DNA from: Terriglobia bacterium
GTDB lineage: Bacteria > Acidobacteriota > Terriglobia > Terriglobales > SCQP01
Reading direction: 5' to 3'
Assembly: GCA_021323595.1 (NCBI GenBank)
Contig: JAJPKR010000052.1
Span: 28,359-92,358 of the forward strand
Length of the DNA: 64,000 bases
Shown: positions 41,046-52,445 of the stretch, one piece after another
How positions within the stretch are numbered: the first letter of the stretch is position 1
Layout of the letters: each line of letters begins with the position of its first letter
Made by a program: the position numbers and the translations under genes
The notes under the pieces: model-generated
What the model was told of the DNA's origin: nothing
What the model saw: only the letters and a program-made list of their open reading frames with translations
The model's database searches: none

Positions 41046-41077
41046 CAAAACGGCCGGGGCATGCCCCGGCCGTTTTG
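41046..41077. terminator. bidirectional intrinsic terminator
   Basis: Perfect palindrome CAAAACGGCCGGGGC-AT-GCCCCGGCCGTTTTG between convergent genes. Confidence 0.85.
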
Positions 41078-41095
41078 AACCCGTTAGTCGCGCGT

Positions 41096-41278
41096 CTAGT
41101 GCTTGGTCTTCTTCGTGGTCTTCTTGTGCATCATCTTCTTGTGATGCGCCATCTTCTTATGCTTCGTCTTCGAGTGGCTCGTGGACGTGGTCTGCACGGC
41201 CATCGGGGCGGTCGTGATGGGCGCGGCGAAAGCGCACATCCCTAGGGCCAACAGCAACGGCAACAGTCGCTTCGACAT
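41096..41278 (-). CDS. small secreted Lys/His-rich protein (60 aa)
   Basis: GGAGG RBS; signal peptide MSKRLLPLLLALGMCAFA; mature part ...SHSKTKHKKMAHHKKMMHKKTTKKTKH; terminator directly downstream. Confidence 0.8.
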   Translation of the reverse strand: MSKRLLPLLLALGMCAFAAPITTAPMAVQTTSTSHSKTKHKKMAHHKKMMHKKTTKKTKH

Positions 41279-41599
41279 GACATCCTCCGTGGGATTTTTG
41301 CCGTTCGGCGTCGCGCCGCGCGGCAAGGCGTTCTGACCCGGCCGGCGCCTCGCCCCGTGCGAGGTCCAAGCTGCAGCCAGACGATGTTGAGTATAGCGGA
41401 AACATAGCCCCGCGGAACTCGGGTGCCTCCCTCGGCGCCCGCCCCGCCCTGCTGGCCGCCAATCCCGGCCGCCCGCCGCCCGATCACGCCCGGCCCGGCG
41501 CCCAGTCCCAGCCGCCATCGGCCAGCCGTCAACCTCGCCGGCCGCCGAATTAGGCCGGCACACGCAAAAAGCTATCTTGGGCGGCGCGGCCGCGCCGGG

Positions 41600-41875
41600 C
41601 TACTTCGTCCGTTGCGGGACGTAGCCGGGGGGCAACTGCGCGCCTTCCCCGAAAAAGAACTGTTCGAGCTGTTCGTTCAGGAGCTTTTGCGCCTCCGGCG
41701 TCCACGGCGCCAGCCGATACTCGTTCATGAGCATCTTGGCGTGCTCCTTCCAAAGGCTCCAGCCTTCGGCGGAAACATTTTCGTAGATGCGCTGCCCGAG
41801 CTCGCCCGGCCATGGCGGCTCTTCCAGCCCCGGCAGATCCTTCCCCAGCTTCACGCAATGCACGATTCGCGCCAT
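41600..41875 (-). CDS. yggX: Fe(II)-trafficking/oxidative damage protection protein
   Basis: RIVHCVKLG..GL..PP.PGELGQRIYENVS..W..W....MLMNEYRL, PPGYVP. Confidence 0.93.
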   Translation of the reverse strand: MARIVHCVKLGKDLPGLEEPPWPGELGQRIYENVSAEGWSLWKEHAKMLMNEYRLAPWTPEAQKLLNEQLEQFFFGEGAQLPPGYVPQRTK

Positions 41876-41923
41876 GGCCCTTATTCTCCCCCAAAACCCG
41901 CCGGCCGCGCCGAGGCCGCCCGC

Positions 41924-43233
41924 TCAGTGGGGCGCGACGATGGTCCGGCCGCGGAAGATCACCGCGCGCACGTTCTTGATCGCCTCGGCGTCGCTAAGCG
42001 GATCGCCCGCCACCGCCACCAGATCGCCCTCCTGCCCGGCCGCCACCGTGCCCAGCCGCGGCAGCCCCAGCAACTCCGCGCCTCCGATCGTCGCCGATTC
42101 CAGCGCCTGCTGCGGCGTCATGCCGTACTGTGCCTCCGCCGCGATCTCGTCGAGCACCGTGCCCTTGCCCGGCTCGTAGCTCTGGTCCGAGCCGGCGGCG
42201 ATCTTCGTCCCCGCCGCCAGCGCGATGCGAAAGCTCGTTTCCATGCTATCCACCAGCGCGCGCGCCTTGCGCACCGTGGAATCCGGCAAGTGCTCCTTGG
42301 CCGCGTTGTCGATCACTGCGTGCGGGATGTACTGCGTCGGCACCAGAAACACGCCGTGCGCGCGCATCGTCGCCGCCTGCGCCGCGTCCAGGCCGGCGCC
42401 GTGCTCGATCGAATCCACGCCCGCCGCCACCGCGTCCGCGATCGCCTGGTGATTCTCGTCGTGAGCGGCGACCTTGCGATGCGCCATGTGCGCCTCCTCG
42501 ACGATCACCCGCATCTCCTCGGGCGAAAGCTGCTCGGCGTCAGGCGAGTCGAGCGGCGACATCACCCCGCCCGACGGCATCATCTTGATCACCAACGCCC
42601 CGTACTTGATCTGTAAGTGCACCGCCTTCTCGGCGTCGGCCGGCGAGTTCACATAGCCGTTCAGCGGCGTATAGAAATCCGCCATCGCATACTGCGGCCC
42701 GAACACGAGAAAGTCGCCGTGCCCGCCGGGAATCGAGATCGCATGCCCGGCGGGGATGATGTGCGGCCCGGCGAAGTCGCCCTCCTCGATCGCGTCGTGC
42801 AGGGCCACGTCGATGAACCCCTGGCTGCCGAGAATGCGCATCGCCGCCACCCCCGAGCGCAGCGCGTACTCGACTGCCTGCCGCGCCCGCAGCGCCGCCA
42901 GCGCATCGCTCGGATGCTCCTCCCGCGGCCCCGTCCACAAATGCGTGTGCGCGTCAATCAGCCCGGGCAGCACCGTGTAGCGCGACAGATCGATGCGCTC
43001 CGCCCCCGCCGGCGGCGCCAAGTCGCGGCTCACGGCGGTGATCTGCCCGTCCGTGATGATCACCGTCGCCGGCGCCAGCGGAGCCGCGCGTCGAAAATCA
43101 GCCGCCCGCAGCGCACCCACACCGTGCCGCGCTGCGCCGCCTCGGCCCCCCAGGCGCCCAGCCCCAGCGCCAATACCAGCGCCAGCGCCGCCGCCGCTGC
43201 TCCGCGCCCGCCCGTTCTCCGCCCTCGCCCCAT
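41924..43233 (-). pseudogene. secreted metal-dependent amidohydrolase (Xaa-Pro dipeptidase-like), frameshifted near 43085
   Basis: PGLIDAHTH, IKMMPSGGV, SIEHG, AGSD motifs lie in frame 41924-43120; the signal peptide and TVWVRCGRLIFDA strand lie in another frame from ATG 43233. Could be an assembly error. Confidence 0.7.
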
Positions 43234-43486
43234 CCTTCGCGCTCCTCCCCCCGGCGCGCCCGCCAGCCTACCACAGCGCGTCCCCTCCCGCCAGCAACTG
43301 CCGCATGATCGCGCGCGCCGCGATGGCCTGTGCCGCGCAAAGAAATTCCTCCGGAACGCTTGCGCGACGCGCCCGACTTGATTCCGCTTGTTTCGTGACG
43401 GAACCCGCTCGTCCGCGAGCGGGCGTAAAGGGTGCGGCGCCGGGACCGGACGCGGCCGCCTTCCGCGCGCCGGTTCCCGGTCTACC

Positions 43487-45946
<2,460 letters not shown>

Positions 45947-46134
45947 TCAGGGTTCCCTCGAGGCACAGGCCGAGCGCCGCCACCCGAAACTGCGGTGGAA
46001 AGCATGGCCGTTCGGAAGGTTAGGCCCGCGCTCGCCTGGCTATCATTAAGAATACCATTCCCGGCCGTGCGAACGCCAGCCCAACGCGGCTCTAATTGAT
46101 TGATTTTTCGGGCGGTTAGAGATGCAAGCCGGCT

Positions 46135-47268
46135 TCAGATGCGCATCGGCATCACTACGTACCGATACTGGTACGGGGCGCCGTCTTTCGGCCGCAGTTG
46201 CCCGGCGGATTGTTCGTCCTTCAGCTCGAACAGCACCTCGTCGCTCCCCGTCGCCGCCAGGAACTCCAGCAGATATTGCGAATTGAAGCCGATCACCATC
46301 GGCTCGCCCTGATACGGGACTTCCAGCTCTTCGTCCGACTCGCCGCTCTCGCTCGACGACGACGTCAAGATCATCTTGTCCGTTTCCAGCCGCAAGCGGA
46401 TCGCATGCGATCGCTCGTCGGCGAACTGCGAGACGCGCCGGATCGCCGCCCCCACTTCGTCCGTGCGCACGCTGACCGTCCGCTTGTTCTCCTTCGGCAG
46501 CACCGCCTCGTAGTTGGGAAACTGTCCCGTCAGTTGGCGCGCGCTCAGCATCCGCGTCTGCCCATCCGTCGGCAGCCGGAAATACAAATGCGTCTCGTCC
46601 CGCGCCAGCAGCACGCTCCCACCCTCCGGCACTTCCTCGAGCAGCGTCTGCAGCTCCAGCATTGCCTTCTTGGGAACCAGAAATTTGCTCTCCCCGCTCA
46701 CGCCCTCGAGCTTCACCGCGTCGTCGAGGATGTGCGCCAGCCGGTGCCCGTCCGTCGCCACCAGCGTCATGCTCTCCGGCTTCAGCACCAGCAGCGCCGC
46801 GTTCAGCGTGTAGCGCGATTCCTCGCTCGAGATCGCGAAGATGGTCCGCCGGATCATCTGCCGCAGCGCCTCCGCCGGCAGCTTCGCCGGCGTCGCGCCC
46901 GGAAAGGTCGGCAGCGCGGGATAGTTCTCGCGCGACATCCCCACCATCCGCGTGTTCGACCGCCCGCACCGGATCTGCACCCAGTGGTTCTCCATCAGCT
47001 TCAGCGTCAGTTCCGCGTCGGGCAGCAGGCGCACGTACTCGATCAGCTTGCGCGCCGGAATCGCGCAGCCGCCGCTCTTCTTGATCTTCGCCGCGCAACT
47101 CGTCTCGATCGCCAGATCCAGATCCGTCGCCGCCAGCCTGGCGCGGCCGTCCGCCTCCGCTTCCACCAGCACATTCGCCAGGATCGGGATCGTCGTCTTG
47201 CGCTCCACGACGCCCTGCATCAGCAGCAGCTCCTTCAGCAGATCGAGTTTGCGAACCGTGATTTCCAT
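46135..47268 (-). CDS. dnaN: DNA polymerase III beta sliding clamp
   Basis: GVVERKTTIPILAN, ATDLD, SRYTLN, VATDGHRL, FPNY, VVMPMRI. Confidence 0.98.
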   Translation of the reverse strand: MEITVRKLDLLKELLLMQGVVERKTTIPILANVLVEAEADGRARLAATDLDLAIETSCAAKIKKSGGCAIPARKLIEYVRLLPDAELTLKLMENHWVQIRCGRSNTRMVGMSRENYPALPTFPGATPAKLPAEALRQMIRRTIFAISSEESRYTLNAALLVLKPESMTLVATDGHRLAHILDDAVKLEGVSGESKFLVPKKAMLELQTLLEEVPEGGSVLLARDETHLYFRLPTDGQTRMLSARQLTGQFPNYEAVLPKENKRTVSVRTDEVGAAIRRVSQFADERSHAIRLRLETDKMILTSSSSESGESDEELEVPYQGEPMVIGFNSQYLLEFLAATGSDEVLFELKDEQSAGQLRPKDGAPYQYRYVVMPMRI

Positions 47269-47289
47269 CCTGGCGTCTTCCCCGGGGAC

Positions 47290-47545
47290 TGCGCGGACTT
47301 TCCGCAAAGCCTACGGGGACTCATTCTATATGGTTTTGATGGATCTCTCCTAGCCCCACCCGTCGTTGCCGCGCAAATGCGGAAAACCCACCCGGCGTGC
47401 GAAAACACCGGCTCGCCCGCGCGCCTATGCCGGTGCAAAAGCACCGCCCGGCGAGAGCGCCTGCGGATGGTGCGCCGGCTCGCCGGCGGTTTTCCACGCC
47501 GCTCCGGAGAAAAGCGGCGGTTTTCGACAGCCAATCCGCAGCCGT
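47290..47545. promoter_or_regulatory. cluster of degenerate DnaA-box-like 9-mers (oriC-like region)
   Basis: CTTTCCGCA 47298, TGCGGAAAA 47378, TGCGAAAAC 47398, TGCGGATGG 47462, TTTTCCACG 47490, TTTTCGACA 47521, CAATCCGCA 47532; short AT-rich stretch ~47320-47345; directly upstream of dnaN. Confidence 0.5.
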
Positions 47546-48229
47546 TTACGGCGCCTGTGGACGCACGATCGTGGCGCCGGGAAAGTCGGTCGAGAAGTGC
47601 CGGTCTGCGATGCGCGCGTTGAGGCGAATGTCGGAATAGTTGAGCCGCTGGAAATCGCCTGACGGCTGGTTAACCTGCTGCGCCGCCGTCACCCACAACT
47701 TCGGGTCGTACCAGAGATCGATGGAGCTAACCCCCGGCGTCGGCCGCTTGGGGGTCAAATGCAAATGCACCAGCCCGCGCTCCTCCGGCTCGAGCGCGAC
47801 TCGATAGGAGGCCAGCAGCGCGTGGCCGCCGCCGCCGAGTCCCAGCAGCAGGAACTGCGCCACCGCCTCGCGGTTCTTGCGCAAATCGAATTCTTGCGCT
47901 TGCTTGATGCGTGGCTGATAGATCCAACCGGTGTCGTCGCGGTAGATGAAGTCGCGGCGGTACGGCTTGCGGATCTCCAGCGCGATCTCCATCCCCCGCG
48001 CCGTCTTCCGGTAGTAGAAGTCGCCGGCCTCGACCGTCGTGTCGTCCACCAGCTTGGTGTATTTGAGCGAGACCACCTGCGCCGTCAGGCTGTGGATGTT
48101 GGCGGCGGCGCGGTCGATCTGGCTCAAGACGCCGTCGAGGGTCATCGTCGGCGCTGCCGCCGCGGCTCCCGCCAGCCAAAGCGCCAGCAGCGCGGCGCTA
48201 ATCGGTCCAGACGTTGTAAATGACCGCAT
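47546..48229 (-). CDS. LolA-like outer-membrane lipoprotein-sorting protein
   Basis: Signal peptide, SLTAQV, GDFYY, WIYQPRIKQ, LHLTPK, YSDIRLN; start uncertain. Confidence 0.75.
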   Translation of the reverse strand: MRSFTTSGPISAALLALWLAGAAAAAPTMTLDGVLSQIDRAAANIHSLTAQVVSLKYTKLVDDTTVEAGDFYYRKTARGMEIALEIRKPYRRDFIYRDDTGWIYQPRIKQAQEFDLRKNREAVAQFLLLGLGGGGHALLASYRVALEPEERGLVHLHLTPKRPTPGVSSIDLWYDPKLWVTAAQQVNQPSGDFQRLNYSDIRLNARIADRHFSTDFPGATIVRPQAP

Positions 48230-48548
48230 GCCCGCTGTCGCCGCGCAGCACCTGCACCTGCCGGATCCGGACCGCGTGGCCCAGATACCGACCGAGGATC
48301 TTTTGCAAGTCGGCGCCCTCTTGCGCCCCCAGAATCTCATAGACCTTTCCGCCCTGGGCGCTGAGCAGGGTCACCGCCACCGGATGCGCGGGAAACGGGC
48401 GTGGCTGATCGCGGAACAGGTGCCGCGGCGTCAAAAAGATGAACGCCAAGATCACCCCCACCATGATGTCGTACTCGATCGAGCCGCGCGGATAGGTCCA
48501 CCAGATGAACGACCGTACCTTCGCGCCCAAGCTGCGCCGTTCCGCCAT
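48198..48548 (-). CDS. conserved hypothetical membrane protein
   Basis: WTYPRGSIEYDIMVGVILAFIFLTPR single TM segment; coding-like codon usage. Confidence 0.7.
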   Translation of the reverse strand: MAERRSLGAKVRSFIWWTYPRGSIEYDIMVGVILAFIFLTPRHLFRDQPRPFPAHPVAVTLLSAQGGKVYEILGAQEGADLQKILGRYLGHAVRIRQVQVLRGDSGHAVIYNVWTD

Positions 48549-48800
48549 GCCAGTCCCTTATGCTACGTCGCCCCGCCCTGCCCGAACAACCCGGGCGCCG
48601 AACCACCCGCAGCGCCCGAACCACCGCGGCGGATGATACAGTGGATGAAGCCCGCGCCTTCCCCCACGGCACCACGCTCGGGGGATTCCTGGGCGCGGAG
48701 CTTCGCGGGACCGGGCGCTTCGCTGAGGGGTTCGATCACCAAAATTATGGGGACGCACGATAGCCGCCCGCTTTCCTCGTCCCGCTGAAAGAGAACATTG

Positions 48801-49598
48801 ATGCCGCTTTGGGTCTGGGCCTGTATTTACGGTTTCGTCGTTTGCCAGCTTTCCGGCTTGGCCACCACCATCTACCTTCATCGTTCCGCGACGCATCGCG
48901 CCTTCTCCCTCAGCCCCTGGGTGGCGCTGCCGATGCGCTTCCATCTGTGGCTGTTCACCGGCATCGTGGTGCGTGAGTGGGTGGCCGTGCATCGCAAGCA
49001 CCATCACTTTACCGACGAGCCCGGCGATCCGCACAGCCCTTTGCTCGAAGGCGTCTGGCAGATCTTGGCCGGCAATCCCATCTACTACCGCCGTGCCGCC
49101 AACGACGACGAAATCGTGCGTGCGTACGCGAAAGACATTCCCGTGCGGCGCTACGACCGCTGGCTGCTCGACCATGGCAATCTCGGCATCGCGCTCGGCT
49201 TGCTCCTCTCCGTTGGCGCCATGCGCCTGGCGGGTGGTAGCTGGCTCGCGGCTGCGGTAGCCGGCGCCGCCGCCTACCTGGGGCAGGGCTTCGGCTATAT
49301 CGTCGCCAACGCCTTGGTCAACGGGGCCTGCCATGCCTTTGGCTACCGCAATTTCGACAACACCGCCACCAACCTGCGCTGGGTCGCCTGGCTGTCGGCA
49401 GGCGAAGGCCTCCACAACAACCACCACCAATATCCCAGCGCCGGCAAGCTCAGCATCGCCCGGCACGAAACCGATCCCGCCTGGCCGGTGATTCGTCTGC
49501 TCGCGAAGCTGCGCCTGGTTCAGCTCAAGCCGCTCCCCCGCGCCTTCCTCGCCGATCAGTCGCGCCTCTGCGAACAGCCCGTCAACTCCAACTGCTGA
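48801..49598 (+). CDS. fatty acid (acyl-CoA delta-9-type) desaturase
   Basis: His boxes YLHRSATH, HRKHH, LHNNHH; DPHSP. Confidence 0.92.
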   Translation: MPLWVWACIYGFVVCQLSGLATTIYLHRSATHRAFSLSPWVALPMRFHLWLFTGIVVREWVAVHRKHHHFTDEPGDPHSPLLEGVWQILAGNPIYYRRAANDDEIVRAYAKDIPVRRYDRWLLDHGNLGIALGLLLSVGAMRLAGGSWLAAAVAGAAAYLGQGFGYIVANALVNGACHAFGYRNFDNTATNLRWVAWLSAGEGLHNNHHQYPSAGKLSIARHETDPAWPVIRLLAKLRLVQLKPLPRAFLADQSRLCEQPVNSNC

Positions 49599-49641
49599 TG
49601 TTCTGGGTGCAGGCCCCGTCGGCCAGGCGCATCTTACGCTC

Positions 49642-49665
49642 GTGGGGCAGGCATTCTTGCCTGCC
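49642..49665. repeat. REP-like palindrome
   Basis: GTGG tetranucleotide followed by GGCAGGCA-TTCT-TGCCTGCC, the GT(A/G)G-plus-palindrome REP layout, just after a stop codon. Confidence 0.6.
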
Positions 49666-50060
49666 GTCCCGCCATGAGCAAAGCGCCCATCCAGCGGTCC
49701 CGGCCAACTCCACTGGCCCAAACCGAATCCTACTTACGAGGCCCCCAGGGGTAGCTTCCACGGATCGCGCCTCTGCGCATCGTCCGCTGCTTGACAACCC
49801 AAAAGTCTGGCTGCGCTTCGCTCGGGCGTTCGGGTGCCCGAGGTCGGGTGCCACCCATTGGGAAGCTCAACACTGCAAGCCGCCGTCGTGCGCCGGTGCG
49901 CGGCATGCAAATCCAAGCGCCGCAATCGCTTAGACGTTAGCGGTCCTCCGCCGCGCCGCAAGGGGTGTTGACCTGGTCTTCCAGACAGGTGCTCCGGCCG
50001 CCGCCGTCCCTGTCGCGCCTTCGCCGCGTTGCTTCGGCCTAGGCGCTATCGGCTGGTACC

Positions 50061-50696
50061 ATGGGCTGCGTGTCGGAGGAAATCGAGAGCCTGCTGCGCT
50101 CCGCGCTGCCCGACTACGGCGTCGCGCCCACGCCCGAGCGCCTCGCCCGCCTCACCGATTTCCTCAAGCGCTTGATCCGCTGGAACCGCCGGATTCGCCT
50201 CGTCGGCTCGGCGGCGCCAGAAGAGCTCGTGCGCCGTCACGTCGGCGAATCGCTCTTCCTGCACTCTCTGATCCCGCTCGCGGGCAAGACGCTTCTCGAT
50301 GTCGGCTCCGGCGCCGGCTTCCCCGGCCTTGCCCTCCAGCTCGCCTTCCCAGAACTTCGTGCGACGTTGGTAGAATCTAACAGTCGAAAGGCAGCCTTTC
50401 TCCAAGAGGTGGCAAGAGTGTCTGGCCTAGGCCGCGTGACCGTAGCCCGTGCCGAGGACGTACGAGAACAGGCAGAAATCCTGACCCTGCGCGCCGTGGA
50501 AGGCATGGAACGCGGTCCCACCAGATATGCACATCTGTTAATACCCGGTGGAAAACTGGCCGCCTGGATCACGCTGGAGATGGCGGATCGCTGGCGGCGC
50601 CTGCCGCTCTGGCATTGGGCGGAGCCGTCGCTGCTTCCGGGAACCCGCCAGCGCGCCATCATCCTCGGCGAGCTTCCCGGCGAGCGCCCGGCCTAG
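50061..50696 (+). CDS. rsmG: 16S rRNA m7G527 methyltransferase
   Basis: WNRRIRL, RHVGESL, DVGSGAGFPG, VESNSRKAAFL, RAE, RAV; upstream of parAB. Confidence 0.92.
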   Translation: MGCVSEEIESLLRSALPDYGVAPTPERLARLTDFLKRLIRWNRRIRLVGSAAPEELVRRHVGESLFLHSLIPLAGKTLLDVGSGAGFPGLALQLAFPELRATLVESNSRKAAFLQEVARVSGLGRVTVARAEDVREQAEILTLRAVEGMERGPTRYAHLLIPGGKLAAWITLEMADRWRRLPLWHWAEPSLLPGTRQRAIILGELPGERPA

Positions 50697-50712
50697 TGTT
50701 CCACGTGGAACG
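50697..50712. promoter_or_regulatory. parS centromere site
   Basis: TGTTCCACGTGGAACG, with a perfect 14-bp palindromic core matching TGTTNCACGTGAAACA-type parS, between rsmG and parA. Confidence 0.92.
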
Positions 50713-50760
50713 AGCAAAATTTCTTCCCCACAGCCATTACTTCCGCTACACTCCAGATTC

Positions 50761-51564
50761 GTGGCCAGCATCATCGCCATCACCAATCAGAAAGGAGGCG
50801 TCGGCAAGACCACCACCGCCATCAACCTCGCCGCATCCTTGGCTGCTGCCGAGCTGCCAACCCTGCTCGTGGACTGCGACCCCCAAGGCAACGCCAGCAG
50901 CGGCGTCGGCGTCGCCCGCGCCTCCGTCGCCACCAGCCTCTACCACGTCCTCATGGGCTTCGTGCCCGCCGCCACCGCCCTCTTGCCCACCGCCCTCCAG
51001 GGCTTGCAAGTCCTCCCCGCTAGCCGCGACCTCGTCGGCGTCAACGTCGAGCTGGTCCAGACCCCAGGCCGGGAAACGCGGCTGCGCGAGGCGCTCGCCC
51101 CACTCCGCTCCCAGTTCGATTTCATCATCCTCGATTGCCCCCCGGCTCTCGATCTCCTCAACCTCAATGCCCTCGTCGCGGCCGACGCCGTCATCATCCC
51201 CATGCAGTGCGAGTACTTCGCCCTCGAGGGTATCTCCCAGCTCCTCGAAACCGTTCAAGCCGTCCAAGCTAGCTGGAATCCCAAGCTTCGTATCGAGGGC
51301 ATCCTCTTCAATCAGTTCGACGAGCGCACCAACCTCAGCCGCCAAGTCGCCGAGGATCTGCGCCAGCACTTCGGCGCGCAAATCTTTCAAACCACCATTC
51401 CCCGCAACATCCGCCTTGCCGAAGCCCCTAGCTTCGGTCAACCCGTTTTGCTCTACGACGTCCGCTCCCGCGGCTCGGAGGCCTACCTCCAGCTCGCTCG
51501 CGAGGTCATTGAACGTGAACAGCAACTCCGCGAATCCGCGCAAAGTCTTGGGACGGGGACTTGA
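50761..51564 (+). CDS. parA: chromosome partitioning ATPase ParA/Soj
   Basis: NQKGGVGKTTT, DCDPQGN, DCPP, QCEYFALEG, IPRNIRLAEAPSFG. Confidence 0.97.
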   Translation: MASIIAITNQKGGVGKTTTAINLAASLAAAELPTLLVDCDPQGNASSGVGVARASVATSLYHVLMGFVPAATALLPTALQGLQVLPASRDLVGVNVELVQTPGRETRLREALAPLRSQFDFIILDCPPALDLLNLNALVAADAVIIPMQCEYFALEGISQLLETVQAVQASWNPKLRIEGILFNQFDERTNLSRQVAEDLRQHFGAQIFQTTIPRNIRLAEAPSFGQPVLLYDVRSRGSEAYLQLAREVIEREQQLRESAQSLGTGT

Positions 51565-52414
51565 ATCCCTCTTAGGTCCGCTGCCGGCGACTGACCTCGC
51601 CGCTGCTGCCGGTTCCACTTCCCCCGACGGCGAGGGCGTGCGCTCCATCCCCGTGGCGCGCATTCAGCCCAACCCCTATCAGCCGCGCCGGACCTTTTCC
51701 GACCCCGCCATGGAAGAAATGGCCGCCTCCATCCGCGCCAGCGGCGTCCTCCAACCCATCCTCGTCCGGCCTCTGCCCCAAGGCGATTTTCAACTCGTCG
51801 CCGGCGAGCGCCGCTGGCGCGCCGCCCAGCGCGCCGGCCTCTCGGAAATTCCCGCCCTCGTCCGCTCCCTCACCGACGAGCGCGCCCTCGAGCTCGCCAT
51901 CGTCGAGAACCTCCAGCGCGAAGATCTCAACCCCATGGATCAGGCCCGCGCCTTCCACCAGCTCGCCACCAGCTTCCGCTTGACGCAAGAAGAGATCGCC
52001 CAGCGCACCGGCAAGGATCGCGCCACCATCGCCAACTTTCTCCGCCTCCTCAAACTCGAGCCCGACGTCCAGCAGATGGTCGAGCAGGGAAGCCTTTCCA
52101 TGGGCCACGCTCGAGCTTTGCTGGCGTTGACCGGCGAGCCGCAGGTCACCGTCGCCCGCCGCTCCGCCGAACAGAGTTGGAGCGTTCGCCAACTCGAGCG
52201 TTTCATCTCCGCCCGTTCTCCCAAAAACTCCGAATCCTCGCAGCCCGCGATCGATCCCAACGTCCGCGCCGCCCAAGAGGAGCTGGCCCGCGCCCTCGGC
52301 GCCAAGATTCGTATCAAAGATCACAACGGATCTGGCCTGATCGAGATCGCCTACCACGGCCTCGACGACTTCCAGCGCATCTACGAACGCCTCGTCCGCT
52401 CACCGGAAAGCTAA
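51515..52414 (+). CDS. parB: chromosome partitioning protein ParB/Spo0J
   Basis: [43 protein letters not shown]; GTG 51515. Confidence 0.97.
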   Translation: MNSNSANPRKVLGRGLESLLGPLPATDLAAAAGSTSPDGEGVRSIPVARIQPNPYQPRRTFSDPAMEEMAASIRASGVLQPILVRPLPQGDFQLVAGERRWRAAQRAGLSEIPALVRSLTDERALELAIVENLQREDLNPMDQARAFHQLATSFRLTQEEIAQRTGKDRATIANFLRLLKLEPDVQQMVEQGSLSMGHARALLALTGEPQVTVARRSAEQSWSVRQLERFISARSPKNSESSQPAIDPNVRAAQEELARALGAKIRIKDHNGSGLIEIAYHGLDDFQRIYERLVRSPES

Positions 52415-52445
52415 AATAGTCCAAGCTCCCGCGAGGGCCGCATCC

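Noticed and set aside
41281-41400. Possible c-di-GMP-I riboswitch upstream of the basic microprotein
   Set aside because: Only superficial similarity; the GGCAAA and GACGCAAAGC consensus elements are not present in order
43389-43404. TGTTTCGTGACGGAAC palindrome after gyrB resembling parS
   Set aside because: Lacks the CACGTG core and has odd symmetry
49593-49612. Desaturase ends Cys-UGA followed by Cys-Ser-Gly-Cys, a possible third Sec site
   Set aside because: The domain is already complete, this family is not known to use Sec, and no AGUU-loop hairpin sits at SECIS spacing
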